DNA of 64,000 bases from an uncultured Actinomycetota bacterium. Its GTDB lineage: Bacteria; Actinomycetota; Actinomycetes; JACCUZ01. Below are positions 29,567 to 39,302 of the stretch, one piece after another. Within the stretch, counting starts at the first letter, position 1, and every line of letters begins with the position of its first letter. The stretch spans positions 1,040,187-1,104,186 of the forward strand of contig OY970120.1 in the NCBI GenBank assembly GCA_963705885.1. The letters run 5' to 3'. Position numbers and translations under genes: made by a program. The notes beneath the pieces are model-generated. The model saw only the letters and a program-made list of their open reading frames with translations. It was not told where the DNA came from and did not search any database.

Positions 29567-30439
29567 TCACGCCCTCCCCAGCGCCCGCTCGACGGAGCGG
29601 CGCAGCGCCCGGACCGTCAGCTCGGCGGCCAGGTGCAGCTTGTAGTCGACCGGCCCGCGCTGGTCGGGCTGCGGGTTGCAGGCCTCGGCGGCCAGCCGGC
29701 CGGCCTCGGCAAGGTTCTCGTCGGTCGGCTCCTTGCCGACCAGGAACTCCTCGGCGCCCGGGGCGCAGAAGTGCTCGGCGCCGAGGGCGGTCAGCCCGAT
29801 CCCGACGTCGGCGACCGTGCCGTCACGCAGCACGACGTAGGCGCCGACGCCGGCGACCGCCCAGTCGCCGGCCCGCCGCTTGACCTTCTCGTACGCGCTG
29901 CCGGCGCCGGGTCGCACGGGCACCCGCACCTCGGTGAGGATCTCGGCCGGGCCGACCGCCGTCTCGTAGGGACCCTGGTGGAACTCCCGGGCGGGCACCG
30001 TGCGGGTGCCGGACCCCGATCGGATCACCAGGGTCGCCCTGAGCGCGGAGCCGACGGCGGAGAGGTCCTCGGCGGGGTCGGCCTGGCAGAACGAGCCGCC
30101 CACGGTGCCGTGCAGCCGGACCACGGGGTCGGCGATGAGCGCCTCGACGTCGGAGAAGATCGTCTCGTGCCCACCCATGCGGGCGAAGTCGAGCAGCGTC
30201 GCGTGCCGGGTCAGCGCGCCGATGACGAGCTCCTCGCCCTCGACCCGCAGGTAGTCGAGGTCGTGCAGGTCGTTGATGTCGATCACCCACTCGGGCTGGG
30301 CGAGGCGCAGGCGCATCATCGGCAGCAGGCTGTGGCCCCCGGCGATGAGGCGGGCGTCCTCCCCCTTCTCCCGCAGCAGCTGCAGTGCCTCGTCGATGCT
30401 GGTGGCCCGTGCGTAGTCGACTGGTGCGGGTGTCTGCAT
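29567..30439 (-). CDS. coxM: CO dehydrogenase medium (FAD) subunit
   Basis: [31 protein letters not shown]; M-S-L gene order. Confidence 0.93.
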   Translation of the reverse strand: MQTPAPVDYARATSIDEALQLLREKGEDARLIAGGHSLLPMMRLRLAQPEWVIDINDLHDLDYLRVEGEELVIGALTRHATLLDFARMGGHETIFSDVEALIADPVVRLHGTVGGSFCQADPAEDLSAVGSALRATLVIRSGSGTRTVPAREFHQGPYETAVGPAEILTEVRVPVRPGAGSAYEKVKRRAGDWAVAGVGAYVVLRDGTVADVGIGLTALGAEHFCAPGAEEFLVGKEPTDENLAEAGRLAAEACNPQPDQRGPVDYKLHLAAELTVRALRRSVERALGRA

Positions 30440-30664
30440 CCTCGTGCCCTCCCGGGACGGCGCGGTCCCGTGCTCCTGCGACCCCGCACCGAGCCGGCGC
30501 GGGCCCCTCTCGACACTCTTGCGCGCGCACACGTCGAAGGGAAGGGGCGGTCACGATCCGTGGCTGGCCGGGACGAAATCCGTGATCTTGCGCGCCGCCC
30601 CTCCCGACGGGCCCTACGGTTCGCGCGACGGGAGACGATCTCCCGGCCGACCAGGGGGACCCCG

Positions 30665-31156
30665 ATGACCCACCGCGTCCGTTCCGCCGCTGTCCTCAGC
30701 GCAGCCGTGCTCGCCCTCACCCTCACGGGCACCCCGGCGCAGGCCGCCTCCGGGAGCCTGACCGACCCGGGCGGGGACCTCCCCGACATCGTCAAGCTCG
30801 CCTACGCCAACCGCGCGTCCTCGGTGCGCATGACCATGACGTACGCCGACGCGGCGGAAGCGCAGAACGAGAGCTTCTACCTGCGTTGGGGCCGCAAGAG
30901 CTACCAGGTCTTCGAGAGCCGGTCGGCGGGGCTGCGCGAGCTGCGCTACTACCGGAACGGGTCGGCGGCGGCCCGGACCGTGGACTGCGCCGGCCTCAAG
31001 GTCGTCCACCGCGACAAGGCCGACGCCACGAAGGTCGTGATCCCGCGGTCCTGCATCCCGAAGGCTGCCGACACCCTGAAGTTCCAGGGCATCGCCACTG
31101 CCGGCCTCAGCCTCGTCGACGAGACACGCAGGTCGCCGAGGACCCGGCGCGGCTGA
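30665..31156 (+). CDS. Secreted hypothetical protein
   Basis: Sec-type signal MTHRVRSAAVLSAAVLALTLTGTPAQA; GGGGA RBS. Confidence 0.72.
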   Translation: MTHRVRSAAVLSAAVLALTLTGTPAQAASGSLTDPGGDLPDIVKLAYANRASSVRMTMTYADAAEAQNESFYLRWGRKSYQVFESRSAGLRELRYYRNGSAAARTVDCAGLKVVHRDKADATKVVIPRSCIPKAADTLKFQGIATAGLSLVDETRRSPRTRRG

Positions 31157-31196
31157 CGGCCGCTGCGCGGACCCGCTCCGCGCTACCTTTCGCGGC

Positions 31197-32033
31197 GTGA
31201 CCGACGACTACCGGACCCTCAACCGCGCGACGTGGGACGAGCGGGCCCCGGCGCACGCAGCGTCGCCGGACTACGCCGTCGACCGGTTCGCTGTCGACCC
31301 CGCGTTCCTGTCCGACGTGGTGCGCTTCGACCTGCCGCTCCTCGGACCCCTCGACGGGCTGCGCGGCGTGCACCTGCAGTGTCACATCGGCACCGACACG
31401 GTCTCGCTGGCCCGCCTCGGTGCCCGGATGACCGGGCTGGACTTCAGTGCCGAGTCCGTCCGGCAGGCGCGGGCGCTGGCCGCCTCGACCGGCGTCGACG
31501 TCGAGTTCGTCGAGGCCGACGTCTACGCAGCTGCCGACGTCCTGTCCCGGCACGCCTTCGACCTGGTCTTCACCGGTGTGGGTGCCCTGTGCTGGCTGCC
31601 CGACATCCGCCGGTGGGCCGGGGTCGTGGCCGCGTTGCTGGCCCCGGGCGGCCGGCTGTTCCTGCGCGAGGGGCACCCGATGCTGTGGTCGCTGGCGGAC
31701 GCCCGCCCCGACGGCCTGCTGGTCGTGGACCACCCGTACTTCGAGCGTGAGGCGCCGTCGGTCTGGGACGAGGGCGGGACCTACGTCGAGACGGACGCCG
31801 TCTTCGAGCACAACGTGACGCACGAGTGGAACCACGGCCTCGGCGAGATCGTGACGGCGCTGCTCGACGAGGGCCTGCGAGTCACCGGCCTCGTCGAGCA
31901 CGACAGCGTGCCGTGGGAGGCGCTGCCCGGGCAGATGGAGAAGCTGCCCAACGGCGAGTGGCGCCTGGCGGACCGTCCGTGGCGGCTGCCCCACAGCTAC
32001 ACCCTTCAGGCGATGCGCCCCGAGGCCTCCTGA
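31197..32033 (+). CDS. Class I SAM-dependent methyltransferase
   Basis: HLQCHIGTDT, TGLDFS, FDLVFTGVGALCWLPD. Confidence 0.9.
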   Translation: MTDDYRTLNRATWDERAPAHAASPDYAVDRFAVDPAFLSDVVRFDLPLLGPLDGLRGVHLQCHIGTDTVSLARLGARMTGLDFSAESVRQARALAASTGVDVEFVEADVYAAADVLSRHAFDLVFTGVGALCWLPDIRRWAGVVAALLAPGGRLFLREGHPMLWSLADARPDGLLVVDHPYFEREAPSVWDEGGTYVETDAVFEHNVTHEWNHGLGEIVTALLDEGLRVTGLVEHDSVPWEALPGQMEKLPNGEWRLADRPWRLPHSYTLQAMRPEAS

Positions 32034-32093
32034 CCCGCCGTCCGCGACCTTCCCGTCCGCTGCCGGGCCGAACCACCACCAGGGTTCGCCGCA

Positions 32094-32211
32094 AGATCGC
32101 GACCAGCCCACACAGTTGGTGCCCCACCCTGGCGACGTGACGCTGGATCACCCTCGTCTGCCCCGACTCACCGCGGACTCCGGGGGGCACTGTGTGGCCT
32201 GGTTGCGATCT
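32094..32211. repeat. Long imperfect intergenic inverted repeat between convergent genes
   Basis: AGATCGCGACCAGCCCACACAGT matches the reverse complement of 32189-32211 at 21/23; inner GCCCC/GGGGC pair. Confidence 0.7.
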
Positions 32212-32322
32212 CGAGGCGGCACGATGCCCATGCCCATGCCATCCGGGGCCCTACGCCGGCGCCAGCCGTTCCTCGCAACGCCGTGTGTGCCTGCGGTGGG
32301 TGCGCGGCCGACTCGGCGGTTG

Positions 32323-34047
32323 TCAGAGCGGCTGCGTGGTCAGGTCGCCGAGCATCTCCCGGCGCGCCACCATCCGCTCCTGCAGACCCAACGCCGCCGC
32401 CTGACGCGCGCCGACCAGGTCGAAGGGACCCAGGTCGGGCCGGCAGACGGCTCCTACCGGCGGGAGGACGAGGTCGACCAGGTAGGCCGTCCTCGCCTCC
32501 TCGACGCAGGTGCTCAGCCCGAACGCGGTGTGGCCCCAGCCGTCCAGGGTCAGCAGCCGCGACCCGGGCAGCAGGCCGGCGACGGTCTGGGCGCCGTGGT
32601 AGGGCGTCGCGGGGTCGTACCGGTTGCCGACCAGCAGCACCGGGTTGGCCGTCGTCGCCGTCCAGGGGCCGGTGTACCGGTCGCGGTCCCGCACCGGCCA
32701 GGTCGCGCACGGGATGCTGAACCACGTCCACCCCCGCCCGAAGTAGGGCGAACGCAGGTCGGCGAGTCGTCCGTTGACCGACCAGGCTCTCCAGTTGTGT
32801 GGGTTCGTGCTGTCGGTGCAGGAGACACCGGTGAGGCCCTCGATGGTCTGCCCCTGCTCGTCCTCGGGACCGTCGGCCTCGAGCCGCTCCTTCAGAGCCG
32901 TGAAAGCCCGCCCGGCGGAGCGGGCGTCGCGCAGCGGTGCGACGGCGTCGGTGAGTTCGGCGAAGTACGGCCAGGCGAACGGGTCGTAGAGGGTGTCCAA
33001 CGTGAACGACACGAGGACGGGGTACGTCAGCAGGAGCGGCTCCCCCTCCACCTCGATCTCCATCGGTGCCCGCCGCAGCTGGCGTGCTAGTGCCTCGTAG
33101 CGCCGGCGCGGGTCGCCCTTCGCAAGGGCGCAGCGGTCAGGACCGGCCTTCTCGCACTGGTCGAAGAACTGCAGCAGCGTGGCGTAGGCACCCGCGTCGC
33201 TGCGCAGCCGCGTGCTGAACGGGACCAGCCGACCCTCCGCTGCCGAGCGCCCGGTGGTCCAGGCGATCGGGTCGAGCACGCCGTCGAGCACGAGCGCTCG
33301 GACGTTGTCCGGGAACATGTTGGCGTAGGTGTTCCCGAGCTGCGTGCCGTATGACCCGCCGAAGTAGGTGAGCTGGTCGTCGCCGACCGCCGCGCGCAGG
33401 AGGTCCAGGTCGCGGGCCACGTTGGCCGTCGACATGTGCGACATGATCGGGCCACCGTTGCCGGCGCACTCGCGGGTGTAGCCCGCGAAGGCTCTCGCGA
33501 ACGCCCGGTCCTCCGACCACGTGACCGGGAACGGCGGTTGCGAGGTGATGAAGTCGATGCCTTCGGCGAGGCTGTCGAAGCACAGCAGCGGGTCGCTGCG
33601 CGCTACCCCGCGCGGGTCGAAGCCGACGATGTCGAACCGGTCGAGGACGTCAGCCAGGAGGAAGAACTCGGAGAAGGACACGAGCTCGACACCCGAGCCA
33701 CCCGGGCCGCCCGGGTTGACGAACAGCGATCCGATCCGGCGCTGCGGGTCCCCGGCGAGGTGGCGCTTGAGCGCGATGCCCACTGACGGGCCGCCAGGCC
33801 GGTCGTAGTCCAGCGGGACGTCGGCGACCGCGCACTCGAAGGTGCCCGGCGTCGGCTCGCCCTCCTCAGGGCACGGGCCCCAGTCGAGGACCGGCACGGC
33901 GACGGCAGCCGGCTCGGTCGCCGCGTCGACCCCGGCGGCACCGGCCTGCACGGGTGCACCGACGAGCAGGCTCGCGGCAACAGCGGTGGTCACGACCAGG
34001 GAGGCGAGGCGGGCCCGACGGGCCGCCGTGGTGGTGCGTCCGGGCAT
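32323..34047 (-). CDS. Secreted alpha/beta hydrolase, tripeptidyl-aminopeptidase (TAP)-like
   Basis: Signal peptide; NPGGPGGSG, FDPRGV, nucleophile GGSYGT, DPATPY, GWGH. Confidence 0.92.
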   Translation of the reverse strand: MPGRTTTAARRARLASLVVTTAVAASLLVGAPVQAGAAGVDAATEPAAVAVPVLDWGPCPEEGEPTPGTFECAVADVPLDYDRPGGPSVGIALKRHLAGDPQRRIGSLFVNPGGPGGSGVELVSFSEFFLLADVLDRFDIVGFDPRGVARSDPLLCFDSLAEGIDFITSQPPFPVTWSEDRAFARAFAGYTRECAGNGGPIMSHMSTANVARDLDLLRAAVGDDQLTYFGGSYGTQLGNTYANMFPDNVRALVLDGVLDPIAWTTGRSAAEGRLVPFSTRLRSDAGAYATLLQFFDQCEKAGPDRCALAKGDPRRRYEALARQLRRAPMEIEVEGEPLLLTYPVLVSFTLDTLYDPFAWPYFAELTDAVAPLRDARSAGRAFTALKERLEADGPEDEQGQTIEGLTGVSCTDSTNPHNWRAWSVNGRLADLRSPYFGRGWTWFSIPCATWPVRDRDRYTGPWTATTANPVLLVGNRYDPATPYHGAQTVAGLLPGSRLLTLDGWGHTAFGLSTCVEEARTAYLVDLVLPPVGAVCRPDLGPFDLVGARQAAALGLQERMVARREMLGDLTTQPL

Positions 34048-34175
34048 GGCCGTCGACCTTCCCCCAGAGAGACGGAGCGGGCCGCCCCATGGTCGAAGCC
34101 GGCGGTCGCGTGATCAATACGCGAAAGGGCGTACAGACCGGTCGTCCGTGACGCCCACAGTCCGCCGAGCCGGTC

Positions 34176-34910
34176 TCACCCGGGGACGTAGCCGAGCGCC
34201 CGCGCGCGATTGAGGGCCACCACGCGGTCGTGGGCGTCGAGCTTGCCGTAGACGTGCTCGAGGTGTTTGCGCACGGTGCGCGGTGCGATGCCGAGCACCC
34301 GGCCGATGGCGGTCGCGGTGAGGCCGGTGGACAGGAGTCGCAGCAGCTCGAGCTCGCGCTCGGTCAGGCCCGGCGTCCCGTTCGTGCCGTGCGGCACGGG
34401 GAGCCGCCGGTAGAGCGTCTCCATCGCGGTCAGCAGCGGGAGCAGGCGCCCGGCCCGCAGCACGTCGTCGTCGGAGAAGTCCCGTCCGTCGCGGAGCAGC
34501 GTCCAGCCCATCCCGCGCACCGGCGCGACGAGCTCGACGACGAGGCTGAGCTGGTAGCGGCCGCCCCGTCCCCGGAAGACCTCGCAGTAGGCGGCGCCGT
34601 TGCGCCACGCGCGCTCCTCGGCGACGTCGCTGACCCGGCGAGGCGCCAGGTCCGCGGGACGTTCGACGTAGCTGCGGATGCCCGGGTGTCCCGCGGCGTG
34701 AAGCGCGAGCTCGGCGCCGAGCGTCGCGTCCGCCTCGACGGTGCGCGCCACGTCGGCGACACCGGCCACCAGGTCGAGGTCGGACCAGAGGACGTCGTCG
34801 GCGTCGAAGAGGGGGAGCAGCTCCTGCCCCGCTGTGGCCAGGTAGGCCTCCCGGTCCGGGAGCGTGCTCAACCGCCGGCTGAGGTCCAGCATGACCCGGG
34901 CGTCGTCCAC
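34176..34910 (-). CDS. LuxR-family HTH transcriptional regulator with N-terminal sensory domain
   Basis: LTERELELL...GLTATAIGRVLGIAPRTVRKHLEHVYGKL; GGAGGA RBS before GTG 34910. Confidence 0.88.
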   Translation of the reverse strand: MDDARVMLDLSRRLSTLPDREAYLATAGQELLPLFDADDVLWSDLDLVAGVADVARTVEADATLGAELALHAAGHPGIRSYVERPADLAPRRVSDVAEERAWRNGAAYCEVFRGRGGRYQLSLVVELVAPVRGMGWTLLRDGRDFSDDDVLRAGRLLPLLTAMETLYRRLPVPHGTNGTPGLTERELELLRLLSTGLTATAIGRVLGIAPRTVRKHLEHVYGKLDAHDRVVALNRARALGYVPG

Positions 34911-34972
34911 GGTTCCTCCCCCGGCGGGGCGTGCCTCCGATCGTGGACCCCTGGCCCGGCTCCGTCGAGCCC

Positions 34973-35998
34973 TCAGCTCACCTCTCGCCGCAGGCGCAGG
35001 CCGACCGCGCTGGCTCCCAGCAGCGTCAGCCCGGCCACGAGGAGCGAGCCGGCCGCCGACACCGAGCCGTCGGTCCAGTCGTGCAGCGCCTCGGGCACGA
35101 CGAGCGTCGTCGCCACCACGCCGGCCCCGAGCACCGACCAGCTGCGCGTGGACAGGTGTCCCGCGAAGCCCGCGACCGCTATCGCGGCGGTCAGCGCGTA
35201 GGCGACCCACTGGTGCTCGCCCCCGTCGAGCACCGGCAGCTGGGCACCGACGATCGCCAGCGCCGAGCCGGTGGCCAGCGCCAGCTCGCGGGGGCGCAGG
35301 ACGCGGGCGAGGCCGAGGACCGCGCCGGTGGCGCCGACCGCGACGAGCGCGAGCGCGTAGGCCGACGGGCCGGGGACGTCGCCGATCTCGTAGACCAGGC
35401 CGGTCACGAGCAGGACCGAGGCGGCCCACGCGCCGAGCTGGCCGACGGCGCCGGGCACCAGCGCGTACGTGAGGGAAGCGACGACGAGGCCGGCCGAGCC
35501 GGCGGCGACGGCCTCCCAGTCCGCGGCGCCGAGCCCGGCGGAACCGGCCGCGGACGCCGCCGCCGCGGTCCAGAGCACCGAGACGAGCCGTCGCCGGGCC
35601 GACTCGTCACGGCGGCCGAGCTCGCGCACCGGCATCCCGGAGGAGCGCGCCACGAGACCACCGGCGGCCAGCAGCACCACGGCCAAGGCGGCCAGGATGA
35701 CGACCCGGGAGGTCTCGCTGAGCTCCTCCCACCCGCTGGTCAGGAACAGCGCCGCGGCGCCCAGGAGGAGGGCCGCCCCGAGGTAGCCCGCGATCTCGGC
35801 GAGCCGGCCACCGCCCTGCGGGCGCTCGGGGGTCGTCCCGCCGGCCTGCCGTGCTGTCGCGAGCCGGGCCGCGACGGCCGCGGCCTGCGCCTCGTCGAGC
35901 GTGCCGTCGGCGACGAGGTCGCTCAACGCCGCGGCGACCGCGGGATCGGTGGTGGCAGCGGGCGTGGCGAGAGCTGGTGCGCCGGACGGTTCGGTCAT
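34973..35998 (-). CDS. DUF2157-like multi-pass membrane protein
   Basis: LVADGTLDEAQAAAV, EIAGYLGAALL; many TM segments. Confidence 0.75.
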   Translation of the reverse strand: MTEPSGAPALATPAATTDPAVAAALSDLVADGTLDEAQAAAVAARLATARQAGGTTPERPQGGGRLAEIAGYLGAALLLGAAALFLTSGWEELSETSRVVILAALAVVLLAAGGLVARSSGMPVRELGRRDESARRRLVSVLWTAAAASAAGSAGLGAADWEAVAAGSAGLVVASLTYALVPGAVGQLGAWAASVLLVTGLVYEIGDVPGPSAYALALVAVGATGAVLGLARVLRPRELALATGSALAIVGAQLPVLDGGEHQWVAYALTAAIAVAGFAGHLSTRSWSVLGAGVVATTLVVPEALHDWTDGSVSAAGSLLVAGLTLLGASAVGLRLRREVS

Positions 35999-36157
35999 GG
36001 GAGCAGCCTGGCGGCTGAACCGCGTCCCCGTCACGAGTACGCGTACTCACCGCGCCGGGGACAAGGTCACCGCGTCCGACCCGTGCCGCACCGCCGTCTC
36101 GGTGACGTTGGATCACGGGAGAGTGACCGTCGGTGAGGATGTGTCCGCCAGACAGAG

Positions 36158-36574
36158 GTGTCGGCACCGATATCCGATGTGGTGGAGACCTCGTCGTCCA
36201 CACTCGATGCCATGCACCGGCTCGTCGATGAGCTGCTGGCGGTGGTGCCGCCGGACGGATCAGCGTGGCCACGACCGGCCCGCGAGCGATGGGTCGCGGC
36301 CGTCGCCGCGGTCCTCGACGTGATCTACGAGGACGAGCGGGACCCGGCCGTCCCCCGGGCGCGCGGCGGACACGCGGCCTCGCCCGCGCCCCGGCGGGCC
36401 GCCTCGCCGTTCGTCGACGGCCCGCCGCCCGGGCAGCCGCCGGCGACGGCACGGGTCGAGCAGACGGTCGAGTCGGAGAGTGCCGCGGACCCCGGGTGGT
36501 ACCTGGACCTGCGGCCCGAGCCGGCGGAGGCGGCCGCCAGCCGGGGTCGGCACGCGCGGCAGTCCGCGGACTGA
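36158..36574 (+). CDS. Hypothetical protein (start uncertain)
   Basis: Protein-like core LVDELLAVVPPDGSAWPRPARERWVAAVAAVLDVIY followed by a low-complexity tail. Confidence 0.45.
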   Translation: MSAPISDVVETSSSTLDAMHRLVDELLAVVPPDGSAWPRPARERWVAAVAAVLDVIYEDERDPAVPRARGGHAASPAPRRAASPFVDGPPPGQPPATARVEQTVESESAADPGWYLDLRPEPAEAAASRGRHARQSAD

Positions 36575-36672
36575 CCCCGACGGGGCCGATGAGCTCCAGG
36601 ATCGGCGGCCGCGGAGTGAGACGGCGGCAGCAGGGGGTAGGGGCACGGCACGAGCTGGAAGGGAGAGCTGCG

Positions 36673-37095
36673 ATGCCGAAGACGACGAAGAGCGGTCGGG
36701 CCAGGCAGGACGAGCTGCCGAGCACCTTGCAGAGATCGGACGCGAAGGCGCAGCGGACGTTCGCCAAGGCTCACGACTCGGCGGCGGAGAGCTACGGGGA
36801 CGGGGAGCGGGCGCATCGGGTCGCCTACTCGGCGGTGAAGCACACGCACGAGAAGGTCGGCGACCACTGGGAGCCCAAGGAAGGCAAGGGCCCCTCGGAC
36901 GAGCGGGCCGAGGAGGGTGGGCGGGACAGCTCGCGGCCGACCGCCGAGGGCGTCGACGCCAACGCCTCCAAGGCGCACCTCTACGACATCGCGAAGCGGC
37001 TCGAGGTCCCGGGCCGGTCGCGGATGGACAAGGGCGAGCTCGTCGAGGCGATCATGAAGGCCAACCGGCGGGAGAGCGCGGCCGCGCGCTCGTGA
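36673..37095 (+). CDS. ChaB family protein with Rho-N-like C-terminal motif
   Basis: ELPSTLQRS..KAQRTFAKAHDSA, AYSAVKHTHEKVGDHW, GRSRMDKGEL. Confidence 0.88.
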   Translation: MPKTTKSGRARQDELPSTLQRSDAKAQRTFAKAHDSAAESYGDGERAHRVAYSAVKHTHEKVGDHWEPKEGKGPSDERAEEGGRDSSRPTAEGVDANASKAHLYDIAKRLEVPGRSRMDKGELVEAIMKANRRESAAARS

Positions 37096-37115
37096 CCTGT
37101 CGGGCTGGCAGCGCG

Positions 37116-37529
37116 TCAACGGCGGAGCCAGCGCAGGGCGGCCGAGAGCAGGTCGTCGCCGAGCGCCTCCTCCGGCTCCGTCGGAGCGGCGTCGCCGGCA
37201 GGGCTCGCCTGCCACCGCACCGGTCCGGCGCGGATCGGCGAGCGATCATCGATCGGGGCGTGGCTCGCGTCGCTGCGTCCCTGCGGCGGGGTCGCCGCGG
37301 GACGGCGGGTCGGGGTCTCGACCGGCTCCGCGTGCCGCAGCTGGGCGTAGGCGGCGATGACCTGTCCCAGCGAGGCGTCGGAGTCGGTCGGGGTGCCCGG
37401 TGCCTCGCCCCGGGTGTCCGGGTGGTGGCGCCGCAGCAGCGCGCGGTAGGCGTGGGTGACCTCCGCCCTGCTGGCTCCCGAGCGGAGCCCCAGCACGGCG
37501 TACGGATCTGGTCGCTGCCGGGTCATCAC
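37116..37529 (-). CDS. Small J-domain protein
   Basis: DPYAVLGL...AYRALLRRHHPD (HPD motif). Confidence 0.85.
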   Translation of the reverse strand: MMTRQRPDPYAVLGLRSGASRAEVTHAYRALLRRHHPDTRGEAPGTPTDSDASLGQVIAAYAQLRHAEPVETPTRRPAATPPQGRSDASHAPIDDRSPIRAGPVRWQASPAGDAAPTEPEEALGDDLLSAALRWLRR

Positions 37530-37546
37530 CCACGGTCCCGTCGGCC

Positions 37547-37581
37547 GCCGTGGCCCCGGCCCCGCCGCCCGGGGCCACGGC
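37547..37581 (-). terminator. Hairpin downstream of hsp20
   Basis: GCCGTGGCCCCGG / CCGGGGCCACGGC 13-bp perfect stem. Confidence 0.6.
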
Positions 37582-37610
37582 TGGAGGAGGTCGCCTCGCC
37601 GGGAACGGCG

Positions 37611-38033
37611 CTAGGCGTTGATCGCCTGCTTGTCGCCGCCCTTGCTGGTGACCATGATCTTGCGCGGCTTCGCCTGCTCGGCGACCGGGATCCGCACGGT
37701 CAGCACGCCCGCGTCGTAGGTCGCGGCGACGCTCTCGGTGTCGAGGTTGTCACCGAGGATCAGCTGCCTGCTGAACACGCCCCGCGGGCGTTCGGCGGCC
37801 AGCATCTCGCGCTCTCCGTCGAGGCTGGGACGCTCGGCCTTGACGGTGAGCACGTTGCGCTCGACGTCGAGGTCCACGGAGTCGGCGTCGACCCCGGGGA
37901 GGTCGAACTCGACCACGAACTCGTCCCCGTCGCGCCAGGCGTCCATCGTCATGACCGAGGGACGCGACGTGGTGCCCCACAGCTGCTCGGCGAGCCGGTC
38001 GAGGTCACGGAACGGGTCGGTGCGCATCAGCAT
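37611..38033 (-). CDS. Hsp20/alpha-crystallin small heat-shock protein (Hsp18-like)
   Basis: [44 protein letters not shown]. Confidence 0.95.
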   Translation of the reverse strand: MLMRTDPFRDLDRLAEQLWGTTSRPSVMTMDAWRDGDEFVVEFDLPGVDADSVDLDVERNVLTVKAERPSLDGEREMLAAERPRGVFSRQLILGDNLDTESVAATYDAGVLTVRIPVAEQAKPRKIMVTSKGGDKQAINA

Positions 38034-38090
38034 CGAAACCACCTCCAGTCCAGAAGATCCTGATGCAGGTGTCCCGGCCAGCCATCACCT

Positions 38091-38112
38091 ATCTGCACTG
38101 GCCGATGTAGAT
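38091..38112. promoter_or_regulatory. Candidate operator between hsp20 and the MerR regulator
   Basis: ATCTGCA-N8-TGTAGAT inverted repeat (1 mismatch) in the AT-richer divergent intergenic region. Confidence 0.45.
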
Positions 38113-38186
38113 TTCTTATACCACCTGTGGCAAAGTTCATGCAAGACCGAAATCGTGGGGACAGGATCCCGGGAAGGGGCCGGACA

Positions 38187-38507
38187 GTGGTGGGCCAGGT
38201 GGGCGGTCAGGAGGGCGCCGACGCCGCGCGTGGCGTCTACGGGATCTCTGTGGCGTCCGAGCTGGTGGGGATGGGCCCGCAGAACCTCCGGCAGTACGAG
38301 CAGCGGGGCCTGCTCGAGCCTGCGCGGACCGGCGGCGGGACCCGGCTCTACAGCGATGACGACCTGGACCGGCTGCGGCGCATCTCGGAACTGCTCGAGG
38401 CCGGGCTCAACCTCGCCGGCATCGCGATGGTGCTGGACCTCGAGGACGACAACGACCGGCTGCGGGCCGACAACACCCGCATCCTAAGGTCGCTCGAAGT
38501 CAAGTAA
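38187..38507 (+). CDS. MerR-family (HspR-like) transcriptional regulator
   Basis: VYGISVASELVGMGPQNLRQYEQRGLLEPARTGGGTRLYS; GLNLAGI. Confidence 0.88.
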   Translation: MVGQVGGQEGADAARGVYGISVASELVGMGPQNLRQYEQRGLLEPARTGGGTRLYSDDDLDRLRRISELLEAGLNLAGIAMVLDLEDDNDRLRADNTRILRSLEVK

Positions 38508-38552
38508 AGAGACACCTAGCGATGCCCGCCGGGGGCGTGTGCGGTGCGGGGG

Positions 38553-39164
38553 TCAGGCATGCCGGGACGGGCCCCGCCGGGGAGCCGTCGCGACAGTCGC
38601 CTCGGCGTCCAGGTCGGTGAGTCCGGCCCGGATCGTGTCCAACGTCCGGAGGAGATGGCGACGGTCCTGCTCGCTGACTCCTGCCATGACGGCCGTCTGC
38701 AGGGCGACCATCTCCGGCAGGTAGCCGTCGACGAGCTCGCGCGCCTCGTCGGTCAGCTCGACCAGCAGTCGTCTCCGGTCGTCCGGGTCCGGCTGCCGCA
38801 CGACCAGGCCACGCCGCTCGAGCGTGTCGAGCAGGGAGGTCACCGATGCGGTGGTGACGAGCAGGCGCTCGGCGATGGTCGTCGGGGAGATCGGCTTCCC
38901 GGCCCCTTCGATGACCGCGATGGCCTCTCGGCCAGCCATCGACAGACCGTGGTGGCGCAACGCCTTGCGGGTCATGCCCATGAACGCCTCGCTGGTCGAG
39001 ACGAGGGCGATGAAGCTCGCGTTGGCCGTCTCGCTGCAGCCGGGGAACTCCCGCTCGAAGGCGCTGGGCGCCGGACGCCTCCCCGTGTCGCGAGGTGCCG
39101 CGCGCTTCCTCGCCGGGGCCGGCGCCGTGGATGGCTCGGCCGACCGGCGTGCTGTCGTGCTCAT
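38553..39164 (-). CDS. MarR-family transcriptional regulator
   Basis: TTASVTSLLDTLERRGLVVRQPDPDDRRRLLVELT. Confidence 0.9.
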   Translation of the reverse strand: MSTTARRSAEPSTAPAPARKRAAPRDTGRRPAPSAFEREFPGCSETANASFIALVSTSEAFMGMTRKALRHHGLSMAGREAIAVIEGAGKPISPTTIAERLLVTTASVTSLLDTLERRGLVVRQPDPDDRRRLLVELTDEARELVDGYLPEMVALQTAVMAGVSEQDRRHLLRTLDTIRAGLTDLDAEATVATAPRRGPSRHA

Positions 39165-39302
39165 GGCAGCACCATCTCCTGTCGTTTGTGCTCGTTCTGC
39201 TTGAATGCTAGCCACTAGAAGTCGAACTTTCCTCGCTCACCCCCTTGCGCGCCCTCGGATCCGGCGTACGTTGGCAGGCATCCCGAGCAGTCAGGTCTCG
39301 TC

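Noticed and set aside
36615-36640. Possible SigB/SigF-type promoter (GGGTA) upstream of the ChaB gene
   Set aside because: The -35 element does not match GTTT, and a 5-mer alone is too weak to support a call.
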